From: Planktothrix sp. GU0601_MAG3
GTDB lineage: Bacteria; Cyanobacteriota; Cyanobacteriia; Cyanobacteriales; Microcoleaceae
Assembly: GCA_035193785.1 (NCBI GenBank)
Contig: CP136572.1
Location: forward strand, 1,056,001-1,120,000
Direction of reading: 5' to 3'
DNA length: 64,000 nucleotides
The first letter of the stretch is position 1, and every line of letters begins with the position of its first letter. The translations under genes and the position numbers were made by a program. Of this stretch, positions 27,168 through 39,461 are shown one piece after another. The notes under the pieces are model-generated. The model had not been told where the DNA came from. It saw nothing but the letters and a program-made list of their open reading frames with translations, and made no database searches.

Positions 27168-29693
27168 ATTAGGGGTCGAGGGGGGCTTTGCAACCCCCGA
27201 CTCCCATTCAAAACCGTGCTTGCGACTTTCACCGCACACGGCTCCTAGTCTAGTTGACTGTTATCATCAGAGCATTCATCTTCTTTTTGAGTTGTAAGAC
27301 CCATCAGTTGATGTTTTAATATCGTGACAATGGCGATGTAGTAATTGCAGGTTTTTATATTCATCTTTTCCACCTTTCGATGTTGGGATAATATGGTCGA
27401 TTTCTGCAATATCTTCCGGGGTGAAATATTGCCCACAGAAGTTACATTTACCTTTCTGTTTTTTAAGCTGAAATGCTACTTTGTTGGGTACATCAAAAGA
27501 CGTACCTTTTCTTGTACTCCAGTATGTCCAGTTTCCGTCATAGGGTGATGCTTCAGGTCTTACAGTTGTGTTGCGGGTGATAGGTGTTTTTGCATGGGTT
27601 AGTAGTTTATAGCCATCTTTGGTTTCAAAACTCCATGCTCTATCCCCATCTTTTCTGAAATAGTTTTTCAGTTTTCCGTAACTTGCTTTACCGCATCTTC
27701 TGACTGTCCATGCTCTTAATCTTTGCCATGTCATGTGGTCTAAGGAGGAGAACGTTTCTTTTGAAACGACTTTGGAGTGATAATTACACCATCCTCTTAT
27801 GACCGGATTCAGGTTTTTAATTAATGCGTATTGAGGTGAGGATTTGTGGTTGTTTATCACTTCCTTTACCTTATCCGCGTGAGCTTTAATTGCTTTCTTG
27901 CTAGGTTTTATTAGGAGTTTAAATCCTATGGGTTTTCCGCTTCTATTTTTCCCAGATTGATGTTTACCAACTGGGTATTGCCGGAAATTCCAACCTAGGA
28001 AGTCGAATCCTGGTGCTACCTTTTCGCCATTTACTTCGATTTCTCTAAGTGTGTGGCATATTCGGGTTTTAGCTGGTTTCAGTTTCTAACCCTATGGGTT
28101 TTAACCATTCTTCGATGGCAATTTTGCACTGTTGTATAATTTCTAATTGTGGACTAACCACAATAAAATCATCGGCATATCTGATGACTTTGGCTTGAAC
28201 TGTACTTTTCTTCTTTGGAAAGTTTTGGTCAATTAGCCTAATCATTCCATCCAGTGCGATGTTTGCAAGTAGAGGACTAATGACTCCTCCTTGTGGAGTG
28301 CCTTCCTCTGTTGTCTTAAATATGCCGTTGTCCATAATTCCAGCTTTTAACCATTGTCTGATTTGGGCTTTCATTGTTGATGGACAATCGATTTTGGACA
28401 TAAGGTAATCATGGTTAATCCTGTCGTAACACTTTGAGATGTCAGCATCCAATATGTAGTAATCTAATTTGTGGATACTTTGGAAGATTCGTGACATTGC
28501 GTCGTGGGCTGAACGTCCGGGTCTGAATCCGTAGCTTTCACCCTCGAATCTGGCTTCCCATTGTGGCTCTAACGCCGATTTAACCAAGGCTTGCCTAGCT
28601 CTATCGTTTATAGTTGGGATTCCTAGAGGACGTTCTTCTCCGTTGGGTTTGGGTATCCATTTCCTTCGGAGTGGTTTCGCCTTTTGGTATTTACTTAGAC
28701 TTTCAGCAAGTTCTAATCGTTGTTTGGGTGTGATGGATTTGACCCCATCTACCCCGGCTGTTCTCTTGCCTTGATTGTCCTGCGTAACCCTTCTAACTGC
28801 TAAGAGTCTGGCGTAATATGACTTAATTAGAAGTTTTTGGAGCTTCCGAGATGCGGCATTTTGTCCCGATAATGATGCCTGGTAAATTCGCTTTTGCAGC
28901 TTGAATACTTTTCGTTGGACTTTCGCCCAATTGATTGTATTCCATGCTTCCGTAGTCTTAAAACTCGTTTTCACCGTTTATACTGCTAGTTGTGACTTTA
29001 CCTAACAACTAAACCGGAATCTATGGGCGTATCTTAAACATTACATTTAAGCATTAGCTTCAGATTCCATCTCTCGCCCTCATAACATACGCCTTAGATT
29101 TGTGACTACCTAACAGTATTCGACCACTGTAGGGGTTAATGAGGGATTTTAACGTTCCTTGAAAATGGGTATTATTGCCTTTAGAATCATCCTATCCGCC
29201 GGGGTACTTTTGGGAGTCTTGTAAGTATTGAAAGAAAAAACCTTACCTTTATAGAAGTGTATAAAGACTTCTATCTATTCCCCTTGTTCTTTTGAACGCA
29301 GTGTATTACAGTCAATTTCACTACTTAATAATTACGACGGTTCAAGCCGGATGTTCACTTTCGTTATTCTTGGGCAATTGGCTAAAGAACTGCTTAGGTA
29401 TTTGACCTATACCCGATTTCCCTTTATTCCCAGCTTCAGTGTTTTGATAATCAGTCTGGCACTGTGGGAATTGCCGAATCTCTTTGGAGTTGGCTACCGT
29501 ACTTTTTTTGGGGTTCGGGAAGCCGCACCATTGACTCCGAGATTGACCTTCCTTTAAGGTCACATTTCCAAAGTTAAGATAGGTTTGATTGGATTTATTA
29601 GTGGATTTAACTCCATTTACCAATTGTCTAAACCTATCTCCCTGCTTACGTTTCGGGGTTTTGACCCTAGACTTTGGCAGGAACGTTTCGCAC
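27168..29693 (-). mobile_element. Complete group II intron, about 2.5 kb
   Basis: 5' GTGCG at 29693; domain V GAGCCGTGTGCGGTGAAAGTCGCAAGCACGGTT at ~27212-27244; domain VI hairpin ending ...GACCCCTAAT at 27168; internal RT-maturase-HNH ORF. Confidence 0.92.
27276..28974 (-). CDS. ltrA: Group II intron reverse transcriptase/maturase with HNH endonuclease; about 565 aa once the +1 frameshift at 28082-28086 is corrected
   Basis: LAVRRVTQDNQGKRTAGVDG, RPLGIPT, YGFRPGRS, GTPQGGVISPLLANI, YADD, X domain (LNPVIRGWCNY) and EIDHI...NLQLLHRHCHD. Confidence 0.93.
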
Positions 29694-29957
29694 TCTTTTC
29701 TTTATCTTAATACTTTTTTCCATAAATTAGCAGTAGACTTACAACTTAGGAGAGAAATTGGAACCCAACCCAAAATCATCGAGATAAACAACACAAGCGT
29801 TGTTTATACAACTCCCAACCTAGTCTATAATCCGTGAGTCCCCAAGGTTCATGATTAAAATTGTGACCCTTTTGTGGTGAACTGAACCCAACTTTTCTGA
29901 AGGTATCTTTGATTACAAAATGAGTGACAATCCAGATCATTAGTAGAGAATAGAACT

Positions 29958-30489
29958 ATGCAATCTTCTACGGGAAACTACTGCAAAAACTGATAAACCA
30001 AAAGCTGAAGCCACAAAAGGAGGCGATAAACGGTTTAAAGTCCTGGATATGACCATGAAGCGCAACCAATATCGTCAGGACGCTTTAATTGAAGTGCTAC
30101 ACAAAGCCCAAGAATCCTTTGGCTTTTTGGAAGAAGATGTTTTAATTTATGTGGCGAGAAATCTGAAACTTCCCCTCAGTTATGTTTATGGAGTCGCCAC
30201 CTTCTATCATTTATTCTCCCTTAAACCCAATGGTGCCCATACCTGTGTAGTTTGTTTAGGAACAGCTTGTTACGTTAAAGGGGGCGGGGACGTCTTAACC
30301 GCCTTAGAAGCCAAAACCGGAATTAAAGCCGGGGAAACCACCGCCGATGGTCAAATTTCAATTATGACCGCCCGTTGTATTGGAGCCTGTGGCATTGCTC
30401 CAGCCGTTGTGTTTGATGGCAAAGTCGCCGCCCAACAGACCGCGGAGATGGCCTGTGAGCGGATAGCTGAATGGGAGCAGGGGGAGTAG
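29958..30489 (+). CDS. hoxE: Bidirectional hydrogenase diaphorase subunit HoxE; +1 frameshift at 29974-29978
   Basis: LIEVLHKAQE.FG, YGVATFYHLF, CLGTACYVKG and RCIGACGIAP motifs. Confidence 0.94.
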
Positions 30490-30862
30490 GGGAGCAGGGG
30501 AGCCGGGGGAGCCGGGGAGCCGGGGGAGCCGGGGGAGCCGGGGGAGCCGGGGGTGCAGGGGGTGCAGGGGGAGCAGGGGGTGCAGGGGGTGCAGGGGGAG
30601 GTAAACCCATAACCTATTACCCATAACCCATCCGTAATTCGTAATTCCCCATAACCTATTACCCATAACCCATAACCTATTACCCATAACCTATTACCCA
30701 TAACCTATTACCCATTACCCATTACCCATTACCCATTACCCATTACCCATTACCCATTACCCATTACCCATTACCCATTACCCATTACCCATTACCTATT
30801 ACCCATTACCTATTACCTATTACCTATTACCTATTACCCATCCGTAATTCGTAATTCGTAAT
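30490..30862. repeat. Compound tandem array: G-rich 9/10-mers (GGGGAGCCG, GGGGTGCAG) followed by more than 30 CCCATTA/CCTATTA/CCCATAA heptamers and ATTCGTA units
   Basis: Read directly in the hoxE-hoxF intergenic region. Confidence 0.92.
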
Positions 30863-30891
30863 TGCCTACAATATAGAGGAAAACAAAAATT

Positions 30892-32509
30892 ATGGAATAT
30901 AGCGAATTATTAGAACTGGCCGAGAAGGAACAAAAATCCCACAAACCGATCCGGGTTCATTGTTGTACCTCAACCGGATGTGTGGCCTCAAATTCCTTGG
31001 GTGTCAAAGACCAAATGGATGCGGCGGTGAAAGCCGCCGGACTGGAGGAGAGGGTGCAAGTGGTCGGGGTGGGTTGTATGGGATTTTGTGGCCGCGGGCC
31101 GATCGTAGAAGTCGAACCCGCCGGACTCCAATACGAGAAAGTCACCCCGGAAGAAGCCCCGTCCATTATTGAGGCCCTGAGTGGAGGAGAAGCCAAACCC
31201 GTCCAAGGCGATCGCAATCATCCCTTTTTCAGTGGCCAACTGCTAATTGTGCGAGAAAATAGCGGTAAAATTGACCCAGAAAAAATTGGCGAATATATCG
31301 CCGTGGGTGGATACCAAGCCCTACACCATGCCATTTATGAAATGAGTCCGGCCGATGTGGTGGGGGAAATTACCAAATCTGGGCTACGGGGCCGAGGCGG
31401 GGCGGGATATCCCACGGGATTAAAATGGGCCACCGTTGCCAAAATGCCCCCGGGACAGAAATATGTGATCTGTAACGCCGATGAAGGAGATCCAGGCGCC
31501 TTTATGGATCGGAGTGTGTTGGAAAGTGACCCCCATCGGATTTTAGAGGGAATGGCGATCGCTGGATATGCCGTCGGTGCGACCCAGGGCTATATTTATG
31601 TCCGGGCCGAATATCCCCTAGCCATCTCCCGTCTACAAAAAGCCATCCAACAGGCCAAACGCCTAGGGATTTTAGGGAGTCAGGTCTTTGGGTCGGGGAT
31701 TGATTTCCGCATTGATATCCGGGTCGGGGCGGGGGCCTTTGTCTGTGGGGAAGAAACCGCCTTGATCGCTTCTATTGATGGGGGACGGGGTACGCCTCGC
31801 CCTCGCCCGCCCTATCCCGCCGTTTCTGGGTTATGGGGGGCTCCCACCTTAATTAATAACGTCGAAACCCTGGCTAATATTGCCCCAATTATTAAAAAAG
31901 GTAGCGACTGGTTTTCCAGTATTGGGACGGAAAAAAGCAAGGGGACTAAAATTTTCTCCCTCACGGGCAAAATTCGGAATACCGGTTTAATTGAAGTCCC
32001 CATGGGGATCAGTTTACGCAAAATTATCGAGGAGATGGGCGGCGGTATTCCAGGTGGGCTGAAGGTGAAGGCCGTGCAAACTGGAGGGCCATCGGGCGGT
32101 TGTATTCCCGCCGAACATTTAGATACCCCGGTAGATTATGAATCATTGGCCCAATTAGGATCTATGATGGGATCAGGGGGCATGGTGGTACTCGACGAAA
32201 ACACCAGTATGGTGCAAGTTGCCCAATTCTATATGGAATTCTGTCGGGAGGAAACCTGCGGAAAATGTGTTCCTTGCCGCACCGGAAACCGTTCAACTCT
32301 ATCAAATGTTAACTAAAATTCTCAATAAACAAGCCACCACCGCAGATATTGAGAAAATGAAACTGTTGTCGGAAATGGTCAAAGCCACCAGTTTATGCGG
32401 ACTCGGACAAACCGCCCCCAACCCGGTCTTGAGTACGTTGCGTTATTTTCCAGAGGAATATCAGGCTTTATTGCAACCCGCAGAAAGCGGACGGGTTTCG
32501 GGGTCTTAA
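30892..32509 (+). CDS. hoxF: Bidirectional hydrogenase diaphorase subunit HoxF; +1 frameshift at 32285-32289
   Basis: [48 protein letters not shown] and SLCGLG motifs. Confidence 0.95.
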
Positions 32510-32619
32510 CATCCCTAAAAATGGGATGGTTTCTATCTGCAATGGGTGATTATTTATTGGTTCAACAAAGATAAAATTCACCCATTGTATCCAATACTTT
32601 CAAGTAAGGATAATAACAA

Positions 32620-34270
32620 ATGTTTTGCGAACAATGTGAACAAACTGCCAGTGGTAATGGCTGCCATCAATGGGGCGCCTGTGGTAAAAGTCCTGAAGTT
32701 AATGCCATACAAGATTTATTAGTCTATTGCTTACGCAGTATTGCCCCCATTGCTTTAAAAGCTTATGAGTTAGGCATTCCCAATCGTGAATTAGATCGTT
32801 TTACCTGTGAATCGATGTTTTCTACGATGACGAATGTTAACTTTAGTACCAAGCGATTTTCTGATTCGGCTCAACAGGCTTTACAATTGCGGAAAACCTT
32901 AAAACAAGCCGTTGAAGATCAGAGTCCCACCCCAATTTCTTGGCCAGAAATTTGTAATTATCAGCCGGATTTTGCAGGAAATTTATCGGAACAGGGACAA
33001 CAGTTTGCCCTAGATTTAATTCAAAAAGCCAGTGGAAATATTGATATCTATTCCCTGCAATTAACCACGATTTATGGAGTCAAAGGATTAGCCTCTTACG
33101 CCTTCCACGCCTACGAATTGGGTCAAGAAGATGAAAAGATTTATCAGTTCATCTATGAAGCCTTAATTGCTTTAGATCGGCAGGATTTGGACTTAAACGC
33201 CTGGGTGGGTTTAGCCTTAAAAGTGGGAGAAATGAACCTGCGGGCGATGGAATTATTAGATGCCGGACATACCGGACATTATGGACACCCAACCCCAACA
33301 ACTGTTTCCTTTAAATCATCGTCAAGGTAAGGCGATTTTAGTCTCTGGACATGATATTAAACAGTTGGAAGCCCTGTTACAACAAACCGCAGGTACGGGG
33401 ATTACGGTTTATACCCACGGAGAACTTTTACCCGCCCATGGATATCCGGTTTTAAAACAAAATCATCCCCATTTGTTCGGACATTTTGGCACAGCATGGC
33501 AGAATCAAACCCAAGATTTTGCTAAGTTTCCCGGGGCTATTGTGGTGACAACAAATTGTTTAATGCCGCCCCATGAAACCTACGATAAAAAATTGTTTAC
33601 TCTTGGGCCAGTGGGCTATCCAGGGTTAGGCTATTTACCCTCAAATGCTGATGGGATTCCTGATTATACTCCAGTGATTCAAGAAGCGCTAGAACTCCCC
33701 GGCTTTTTAGATGATGAAACCCCCCGGGAAGTGAAAACCGGATTTGCCCATAATGCGGTTTTAAGTGTGGCAGATCACGTTGTTGAAGCCGTAAAAGCTG
33801 GCAAAATTCGTCACTTCTTTTTAGTTGGCGGTTGTGATGGGGCCAAACCCGGACGCAGTTACTATACGGAATTTGTGGAAAAAGTCCCCCAAGATTGTGT
33901 TGTCCTCACCTTAGCTTGTGGAAAATTCCGCTTTTTTGATAAAGAATTAGGTGAAATTGGTAACATTCCTCGATTGATGGATGTGGGACAATGTAATGAT
34001 GCCTATTCTGCCATCCAAATTGCTTTAGGATTAGCCAAAGCTTTTGATATTGGTGTGAATGAATTACCCCTATCCATGATTTTGTCATGGTATGAACAAA
34101 AAGCCGTGGCGGTGTTATTAACCCTGCTTTATTTAGGCATTCAAGACATCCGTTTAGGCCCCACTTTACCTGCTTTTATTTCTCCGAATGTGTTCCAATT
34201 ACTATCGGACACCTATCATCTAAAAGCTATTTCTACCCCCGATGAAGATTTAGCCGCTTGTTTAGCATAG
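32620..34270 (+). CDS. hcp: Hybrid cluster protein (hydroxylamine/NO reductase); +1 frameshift at 33304-33308
   Basis: MFCEQCEQT...CGK, VSGHD, YTHGELLPAH, TTNC, GGCDG, GQCNDAY and SWYEQKA motifs. Confidence 0.95.
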
Positions 34271-34324
34271 GGTTAAATTTATGGGTGTCAAATACGGCTG
34301 AAAATAGCGATTACAGCCGAGATT

Positions 34325-34505
34325 AGATCCCCCTAAATCCCCCTTAAAAAGGGGGACTTTGAAATCCGGTTCATCCCTTAATAGGGGGGACTTTGAAATC
34401 CGGTTTATCCCTTAATAGGGAAGACCTTAAAATCCGGTTCATTCCTTAATAATGGGGGATTTTGAAATCCGGTTCCCCCCTTAGTAAGGGGGGTTAGGGG
34501 GGATC
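34325..34505. repeat. MITE/REP-like element of the same family as 22605-22752, with four 34-bp units
   Basis: The left end agatccccctaaatcccccttaaaaagggggactttga is identical to the 22605 copy. Units start at 34341, 34375, 34409 and 34443. The right end is ccccccttagtaaggggggttaggggggatc. Confidence 0.9.
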
Positions 34506-34643
34506 AAACCCTGAAGTTGACACCAATAAAGCCCTAACAATTCTGTAAAAATTATTAGAAAAAAATGCTATAATGGAGATAGATACATCTTAGAATTAAG
34601 GGATTAAATTTGATATTTAAACCTCATAGGAGATGCGATAATT

Positions 34644-35360
34644 ATGTCCGTTAAAACCTTAAAAATAGATGGCATTGATGTTGCCGTTGAAGAAGGAACA
34701 TCCGTTCTCAAAGCCGCCGAAGAAGCCGGAGTAAAAATTCCTAAACTCTGTCATTTAGACGGGGTTTCCGATGTTGGAGCTTGTCGGTTGTGCCTAGTAG
34801 AAATTACAGGAATTAATCGTTTATTACCTGCCTGTGTAACCGAAGTTGCAGAAGGCATGGAAGTCTGCACCCAAACCCCCCAACTGCAAGAATATCGACG
34901 CATGACCGTGGAGTTATTATTCGCAGAAGGAAATCACGTTTGCGCCGTTTGTGTTGCCAATGGAAACTGTGAATTACAGGATGTTGCGATTGAAGTTGGC
35001 ATGGATCATAGCCGTTTTCCCTATCGTTTTCCCCAACGGGAAGTAGACATTTCCCATGAGAAATTTGGCATCGATCATAACCGTTGTATTATGTGTACTC
35101 GGTGTGTGAGAGTTTGTGCCGAAATTGAAGGCGCCCACGTCTGGGATGTCGGCTATCGGGGGGCGACAGCTAAAATTATTAGTGGCTTAAATCAACCTTG
35201 GGGGGATGTGGATGCTTGTACCTCCTGTGGTAAATGTGTTGATGCTTGCCCAACGGGTGCAATCTTTAAAAAAGGCACAACAACTGCCGAAATGCAACGG
35301 GATAGTGAAAAGTTAGAATTCTTAGCAGATGCAAGAGGGAAACATCAATGGACAAGATAA
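34644..35360 (+). CDS. hoxU: Bidirectional hydrogenase subunit HoxU
   Basis: IPKLCH, GACRLCLVE, HxCxxC...CELQ, CIMCTRCVRVC and CTSCGKCVDACP motifs. Confidence 0.95.
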   Translation: MSVKTLKIDGIDVAVEEGTSVLKAAEEAGVKIPKLCHLDGVSDVGACRLCLVEITGINRLLPACVTEVAEGMEVCTQTPQLQEYRRMTVELLFAEGNHVCAVCVANGNCELQDVAIEVGMDHSRFPYRFPQREVDISHEKFGIDHNRCIMCTRCVRVCAEIEGAHVWDVGYRGATAKIISGLNQPWGDVDACTSCGKCVDACPTGAIFKKGTTTAEMQRDSEKLEFLADARGKHQWTR

Positions 35361-35896
35361 GATTTGCTACGGTTTGGTTGGCGGGGTGTTCCGGTTGCCA
35401 TATGTCGTTTTTAGACTTAGATGAATGGCTATTTGATCTCGCAGAAAAAGTCGATGTTGTCTTTAGTCCGGTGGGTTGTGACATCAAAGAATATCCTGAA
35501 AATGTGGATGTTTGTTTAGTGGAAGGCGCCGTGGCTAACGAAGAAAATTTAGAGTTATTGTATCAAGTTAGAAAACGGACTAAACTCTTAATTTCCTTTG
35601 GAGATTGTGCCGTAACTGCTAATGTTCCGGCGATGAGAAATATGTTGGGCAGTACGGAACCTGTATTAAAACGCTGTTATTTGGAACTGAGTGATATAGG
35701 GGCTCAATTACCGAATGAACCGGGTATTGTACCCGAACTATTAGAGCGAGTTCGTCCAATTCATGAATTAGTTGATATTGACATCTTTTTACCCGGATGT
35801 CCTCCCTCTGCGGATAGAATTAAATCGGCGATCGCTCCTTTATTAGAAGGGAAAAGACCCGTAATGGAAGGACGGGAAATGATCAAATTCGGCTAG
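35348..35896 (+). CDS. hoxY: Bidirectional hydrogenase small subunit HoxY
   Basis: [17 protein letters not shown] and PGCPP motifs. Confidence 0.95.
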   Translation: MDKIRFATVWLAGCSGCHMSFLDLDEWLFDLAEKVDVVFSPVGCDIKEYPENVDVCLVEGAVANEENLELLYQVRKRTKLLISFGDCAVTANVPAMRNMLGSTEPVLKRCYLELSDIGAQLPNEPGIVPELLERVRPIHELVDIDIFLPGCPPSADRIKSAIAPLLEGKRPVMEGREMIKFG

Positions 35897-35907
35897 TCCA
35901 TATTAAC

Positions 35908-35973
35908 GTAGGGGCGGGTTTCTGCAAAAAATTTTGCAACTCACCAACAACCTTCATAAACCCGCCCATATAC
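35908..35973. repeat. GTAG-type REP-like inverted repeat (gtaggggcgggttt...aaacccgccc)
   Basis: Inverted arms between hoxY and hoxH. Confidence 0.65.
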
Positions 35974-36015
35974 CAGGTCTTGGAAGCACAAAAACAAACT
36001 ACAGAGGTTAAAAAT

Positions 36016-37446
36016 ATGTCTAAAACCGTTATTATTGATCCCGTAACTCGGATTGAAGGTCATGCTAAAATATCCGTTTATTTAGATGATGCGGGAGAAG
36101 TCGAAAATGCCCGTTTTCACGTCGTAGAATTTCGCGGTTTTGAAAAATTCTGCGAAGGACGACCAATGTTTGAAATGGCCGGAATTACCGCCCGAATTTG
36201 CGGAATCTGCCCCGTTAGTCATCTCCTAGCTTCAGCAAAAACCGGGGATAAAATCCTCGCGGTGCGAGTACCTCCAGCCGGAGAAAAACTGCGCCGAATG
36301 ATGAATTTAGCCCAATTAACTCAATCCCATGCGTTAAGTTTTTTCCACCTCAGTAGTCCTGATTTTCTATTAGGTTGGGATAGTGATCCTGCTAAACGGA
36401 ATGTCTTTGGTTTAATGGCTGCTGATCCTGATTTAGCCCGGGCGGGAATTCGCTTGCGTCAGTTCGGACAAACGGTGATTGAACTATTAGGGGCCAGAAA
36501 AATTCACGCGGCTTGGGCTGTTCCCGGTGGCGTGCGTTCTCCCCTTTCCGATGAAGGGCGAGAATGGATTATTAACCGCTTACCCGAAGCTCGACAAACC
36601 ACCGAATTAGCTATTAGTATCTTTAAACGTTTATTAGATACGGAATTAAAAACAGAAATTGATGTTTTTGGCAAATTCCCTTCATTATTTATGGGGTTAG
36701 TTGCCCCCAATGGCAATTGGGAACACTACGGCGGACACCTGAGATTTATTGATAGTGATGGGAAAATTGTCGCCGATGGTTTAAGCGAAGATAACTATCA
36801 AGATTTCCTGGGAGAAGCTGTTGAAAATTGGTCTTATCTCAAGTTTCCCTATTACAAACCTCTGGGATATCCTGATGGAATTTATCGCGTTGGGCCCTTA
36901 GCAAGATTGAACGTTTGTGATCAAATTGGAACCCCAGACGCCGACCGAGAATTAATTGAATTTCGGCATCGAGCGGGGGGACGAGTCGCCACTTCTTCCT
37001 TCTTCTATCATTATGCTCGTTTAGTGGAAATTCTAGCTTGTATTGAAGCCATTGAACGGTTAGTTGATGACCCTGATATTATCTCAAAACGGGTGCGTTC
37101 GGAAGCAGGGATTAACTGTTTAGAAGGAGTGGGAGTTAGTGAAGCCCCACGCGGTACTTTATTCCATCATTATCAAGTAGATGAAAACGGATTAATTAAG
37201 AAAGTTAACTTAATTATTGCCACCGGACAAAACAATTTAGCCATGAATAAAACCGTGACTCAAATTGCCCAACATTATATTCATGGAAATGATATTCCCG
37301 AGGGAATGTTAAACCGAGTTGAAGCAGGAATTCGGGCTTATGATCCTTGTTTAAGTTGTTCGACTCACGCCGTCGGACAAATGCCCTTACACATCCAATT
37401 AATTCAAAAGGATGGAACAGTAATTCAAGAAAAATACCGCCATTAA
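36016..37446 (+). CDS. hoxH: Bidirectional [NiFe] hydrogenase large subunit HoxH (group 3d)
   Basis: [16 protein letters not shown] (L1) and DPCLSCSTH (L2) with a cleavable C-terminal tail. Confidence 0.96.
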   Translation: MSKTVIIDPVTRIEGHAKISVYLDDAGEVENARFHVVEFRGFEKFCEGRPMFEMAGITARICGICPVSHLLASAKTGDKILAVRVPPAGEKLRRMMNLAQLTQSHALSFFHLSSPDFLLGWDSDPAKRNVFGLMAADPDLARAGIRLRQFGQTVIELLGARKIHAAWAVPGGVRSPLSDEGREWIINRLPEARQTTELAISIFKRLLDTELKTEIDVFGKFPSLFMGLVAPNGNWEHYGGHLRFIDSDGKIVADGLSEDNYQDFLGEAVENWSYLKFPYYKPLGYPDGIYRVGPLARLNVCDQIGTPDADRELIEFRHRAGGRVATSSFFYHYARLVEILACIEAIERLVDDPDIISKRVRSEAGINCLEGVGVSEAPRGTLFHHYQVDENGLIKKVNLIIATGQNNLAMNKTVTQIAQHYIHGNDIPEGMLNRVEAGIRAYDPCLSCSTHAVGQMPLHIQLIQKDGTVIQEKYRH

Positions 37447-37673
37447 GCTACCATTTTCACAACCATAGCAGGGAACAGGAAGGGAAAGAGTTTACCCCCT
37501 CCCCCTGCTCCCCCCGCTATATTAGGAGGCAAAAAATGCCAAAGGAAAACTTATATTTATGTATAGGTTTCTGCTTGTCATTAGCTGGGAGTATATGAAG
37601 TGTTACCGAAATTGCAAGCCTTGATGAGTGAATATGATATAGAATATTGTTAATAAAAAATATATAAAATAAT

Positions 37674-38117
37674 ATGATTTTAATTGTGGGATATGGGAAT
37701 CCAATTAGAGGAGATGATGGTATTGGTCAAGCGGTAATTAGTGAAATTGAACAGTGGAATTTAACCAATGTGCGATCGCTTTCTCTCCATCAACTCACCC
37801 CCGAAGTCGCCGCAGAAATGGCGGAAGTCGATACGGTTATTTTTGTGGATGCGGGTTTAGAAGGAAATACTATTAATATTACTTCCTTGGAACCTTTACC
37901 CTCAAATTTATTTAATTGGGGACATTCTTTGAATCCGCGATCGCTTTTATCTTTAACCCAATTTCTCTATCAAAAACAACCCCAATCCTGGTTAATTGCG
38001 ATCCCAGGAGAAAATTTTGAACTCTGTGAAACCCTATCTGAAAAAGCACTAAATGGCATTCAAGAGGCATTAAAAATCATTAAAAATATTGTTAATAAAA
38101 CCCCAAATAAATTATAA
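37674..38117 (+). CDS. hoxW: Hydrogenase maturation protease
   Basis: GYGNPIRGDDGIG, HQLTPE and VIFVDA motifs; follows hoxH. Confidence 0.9.
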   Translation: MILIVGYGNPIRGDDGIGQAVISEIEQWNLTNVRSLSLHQLTPEVAAEMAEVDTVIFVDAGLEGNTINITSLEPLPSNLFNWGHSLNPRSLLSLTQFLYQKQPQSWLIAIPGENFELCETLSEKALNGIQEALKIIKNIVNKTPNKL

Positions 38118-38122
38118 TTAAC

Positions 38123-38239
38123 CGTAGTAAGTCCTTTAGGACTCAATCAAACCCCTAATCAAGAAACCCCTAAAGGGGTTACTACGAAATCGTAGTGAGT
38201 CCTTTAGGACTCCCAAGAAACCCCTAAAGGGGTTACTAC
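38123..38239. repeat. Two tandem GTAG-REP doublets (cgtagtRagtcctttaggactc ... aaacccctaaaggggttactac)
   Basis: Each doublet is two inverted GTAG-headed short palindromes; a single related unit lies at 40750-40771. Confidence 0.8.
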
Positions 38240-38244
38240 AAATT

Positions 38245-38586
38245 ATGCACGAAGTTAGTATTATGGAACAGACCCTAGAGATTGCCTTAAACCATGCTAA
38301 ACAACAAGGGGCAACTAAAATTCATTGGATTAAAATGAAAGTAGGGGAATTATCAGGAGTTATTCCAGAGGCGTTAGAATTTGCCTTTGATGTGGTGGCT
38401 AAAGGAACAATAGCAGAAACCGCTATTTTTGAAATCGATTCTATTCCAGTTCGCTGTTATTGTCATCATTGTCAGGTGGAATTTCAACCGGATGATTATA
38501 TTTATGAATGCCCCCATTGTCATCAATATAGCCTTGATATTCTTCAGGGAAAAGAGTTAGAATTAACATCTTTAGAGGTTTCTTAA
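38245..38586 (+). CDS. hypA: Hydrogenase nickel metallochaperone HypA
   Basis: MHEVSI, VGELSGV, CxxC...CPxC and GKEL motifs. Confidence 0.95.
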   Translation: MHEVSIMEQTLEIALNHAKQQGATKIHWIKMKVGELSGVIPEALEFAFDVVAKGTIAETAIFEIDSIPVRCYCHHCQVEFQPDDYIYECPHCHQYSLDILQGKELELTSLEVS

Positions 38587-38588
38587 TT

Positions 38589-39374
38589 ATGTGTACAAAT
38601 TGCGGTTGTGCTGTTACCCCGGGAAAAATAGAAATCCATAGTCATGATGATCATGAACATCCCCACACCCATGACCATGACCATGACCATTCTGATCATG
38701 ATCATCCTCACCAAACCTTAACTATTCATGAAGCAATCTTATCTAAAAATGAACGATTAGCAGAACGAAATCGAGGCTTTTTTTGGGGAAAAGGATTATT
38801 TGTTTTAAACGTTTTATCCTCTCCCGGTTCGGGAAAAACTGCCTTTATTGAACGCACTTTAACCGATATTAATTCCCGTCTTCCTGGGGCGGTAATTGTG
38901 GGGGATTTAGCCACGGATAATGATGCTCAAAGGTTGAGAAGATCCGGGGCGCAAGTGGTTCAAATTACCACCGGAAATGTTTGTCATTTGGAAGCAGATA
39001 TGGTCGCTAAAGCCCTTGTCGAAATCAACTTAGATCAGGTTAAATTATTAATTATTGAAAATGTTGGTAATTTAGTCTGTCCGGCGGCCTATGATTTGGG
39101 AGAAAATCAACGAATTGCTTTACTTTCTGTCACAGAAGGGGAAGACAAACCCTTAAAATATCCGACATTATTTAAAACGGCTGATGTGGTGATTATTAAT
39201 AAAATTGATATTGCAGAAGTCGTTGGTTTTGACCGAGAATTAGCTTTAAATAATATTAAAAAAATTGTTCCCCAAGCTCGAATTTTTGAAGTTTCCGCTA
39301 AGACCGGGGTCGGAATGAAGGAATGGTATCAATTTTTAGAACAACAGGTTAAAGAAACTAGCCCTAGGTTATAG
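38589..39374 (+). CDS. hypB: Hydrogenase nickel incorporation GTPase HypB
   Basis: MCTNCGC, His-rich linker, [32 protein letters not shown] and NKID motifs. Confidence 0.96.
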   Translation: MCTNCGCAVTPGKIEIHSHDDHEHPHTHDHDHDHSDHDHPHQTLTIHEAILSKNERLAERNRGFFWGKGLFVLNVLSSPGSGKTAFIERTLTDINSRLPGAVIVGDLATDNDAQRLRRSGAQVVQITTGNVCHLEADMVAKALVEINLDQVKLLIIENVGNLVCPAAYDLGENQRIALLSVTEGEDKPLKYPTLFKTADVVIINKIDIAEVVGFDRELALNNIKKIVPQARIFEVSAKTGVGMKEWYQFLEQQVKETSPRL

Positions 39375-39461
39375 CAGTTGCCAGCGAAATGATCCCGTAG
39401 CGTGTGCGTGTTTCTGATCGCTCAACAGTTGCTTTTTCCACCATAATTCCTCAAATAACCT

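Noticed and set aside
29342..29837. Small ORFs upstream of the RT gene
   Set aside because: They lie within the structured ribozyme domains of the group II intron.
30351..30701. Pro-rich or repetitive minus-strand ORFs (PPAPPA, PCTPCT, WVIGYGL)
   Set aside because: They are translations of the intergenic tandem repeats and overlap hoxE in antisense.
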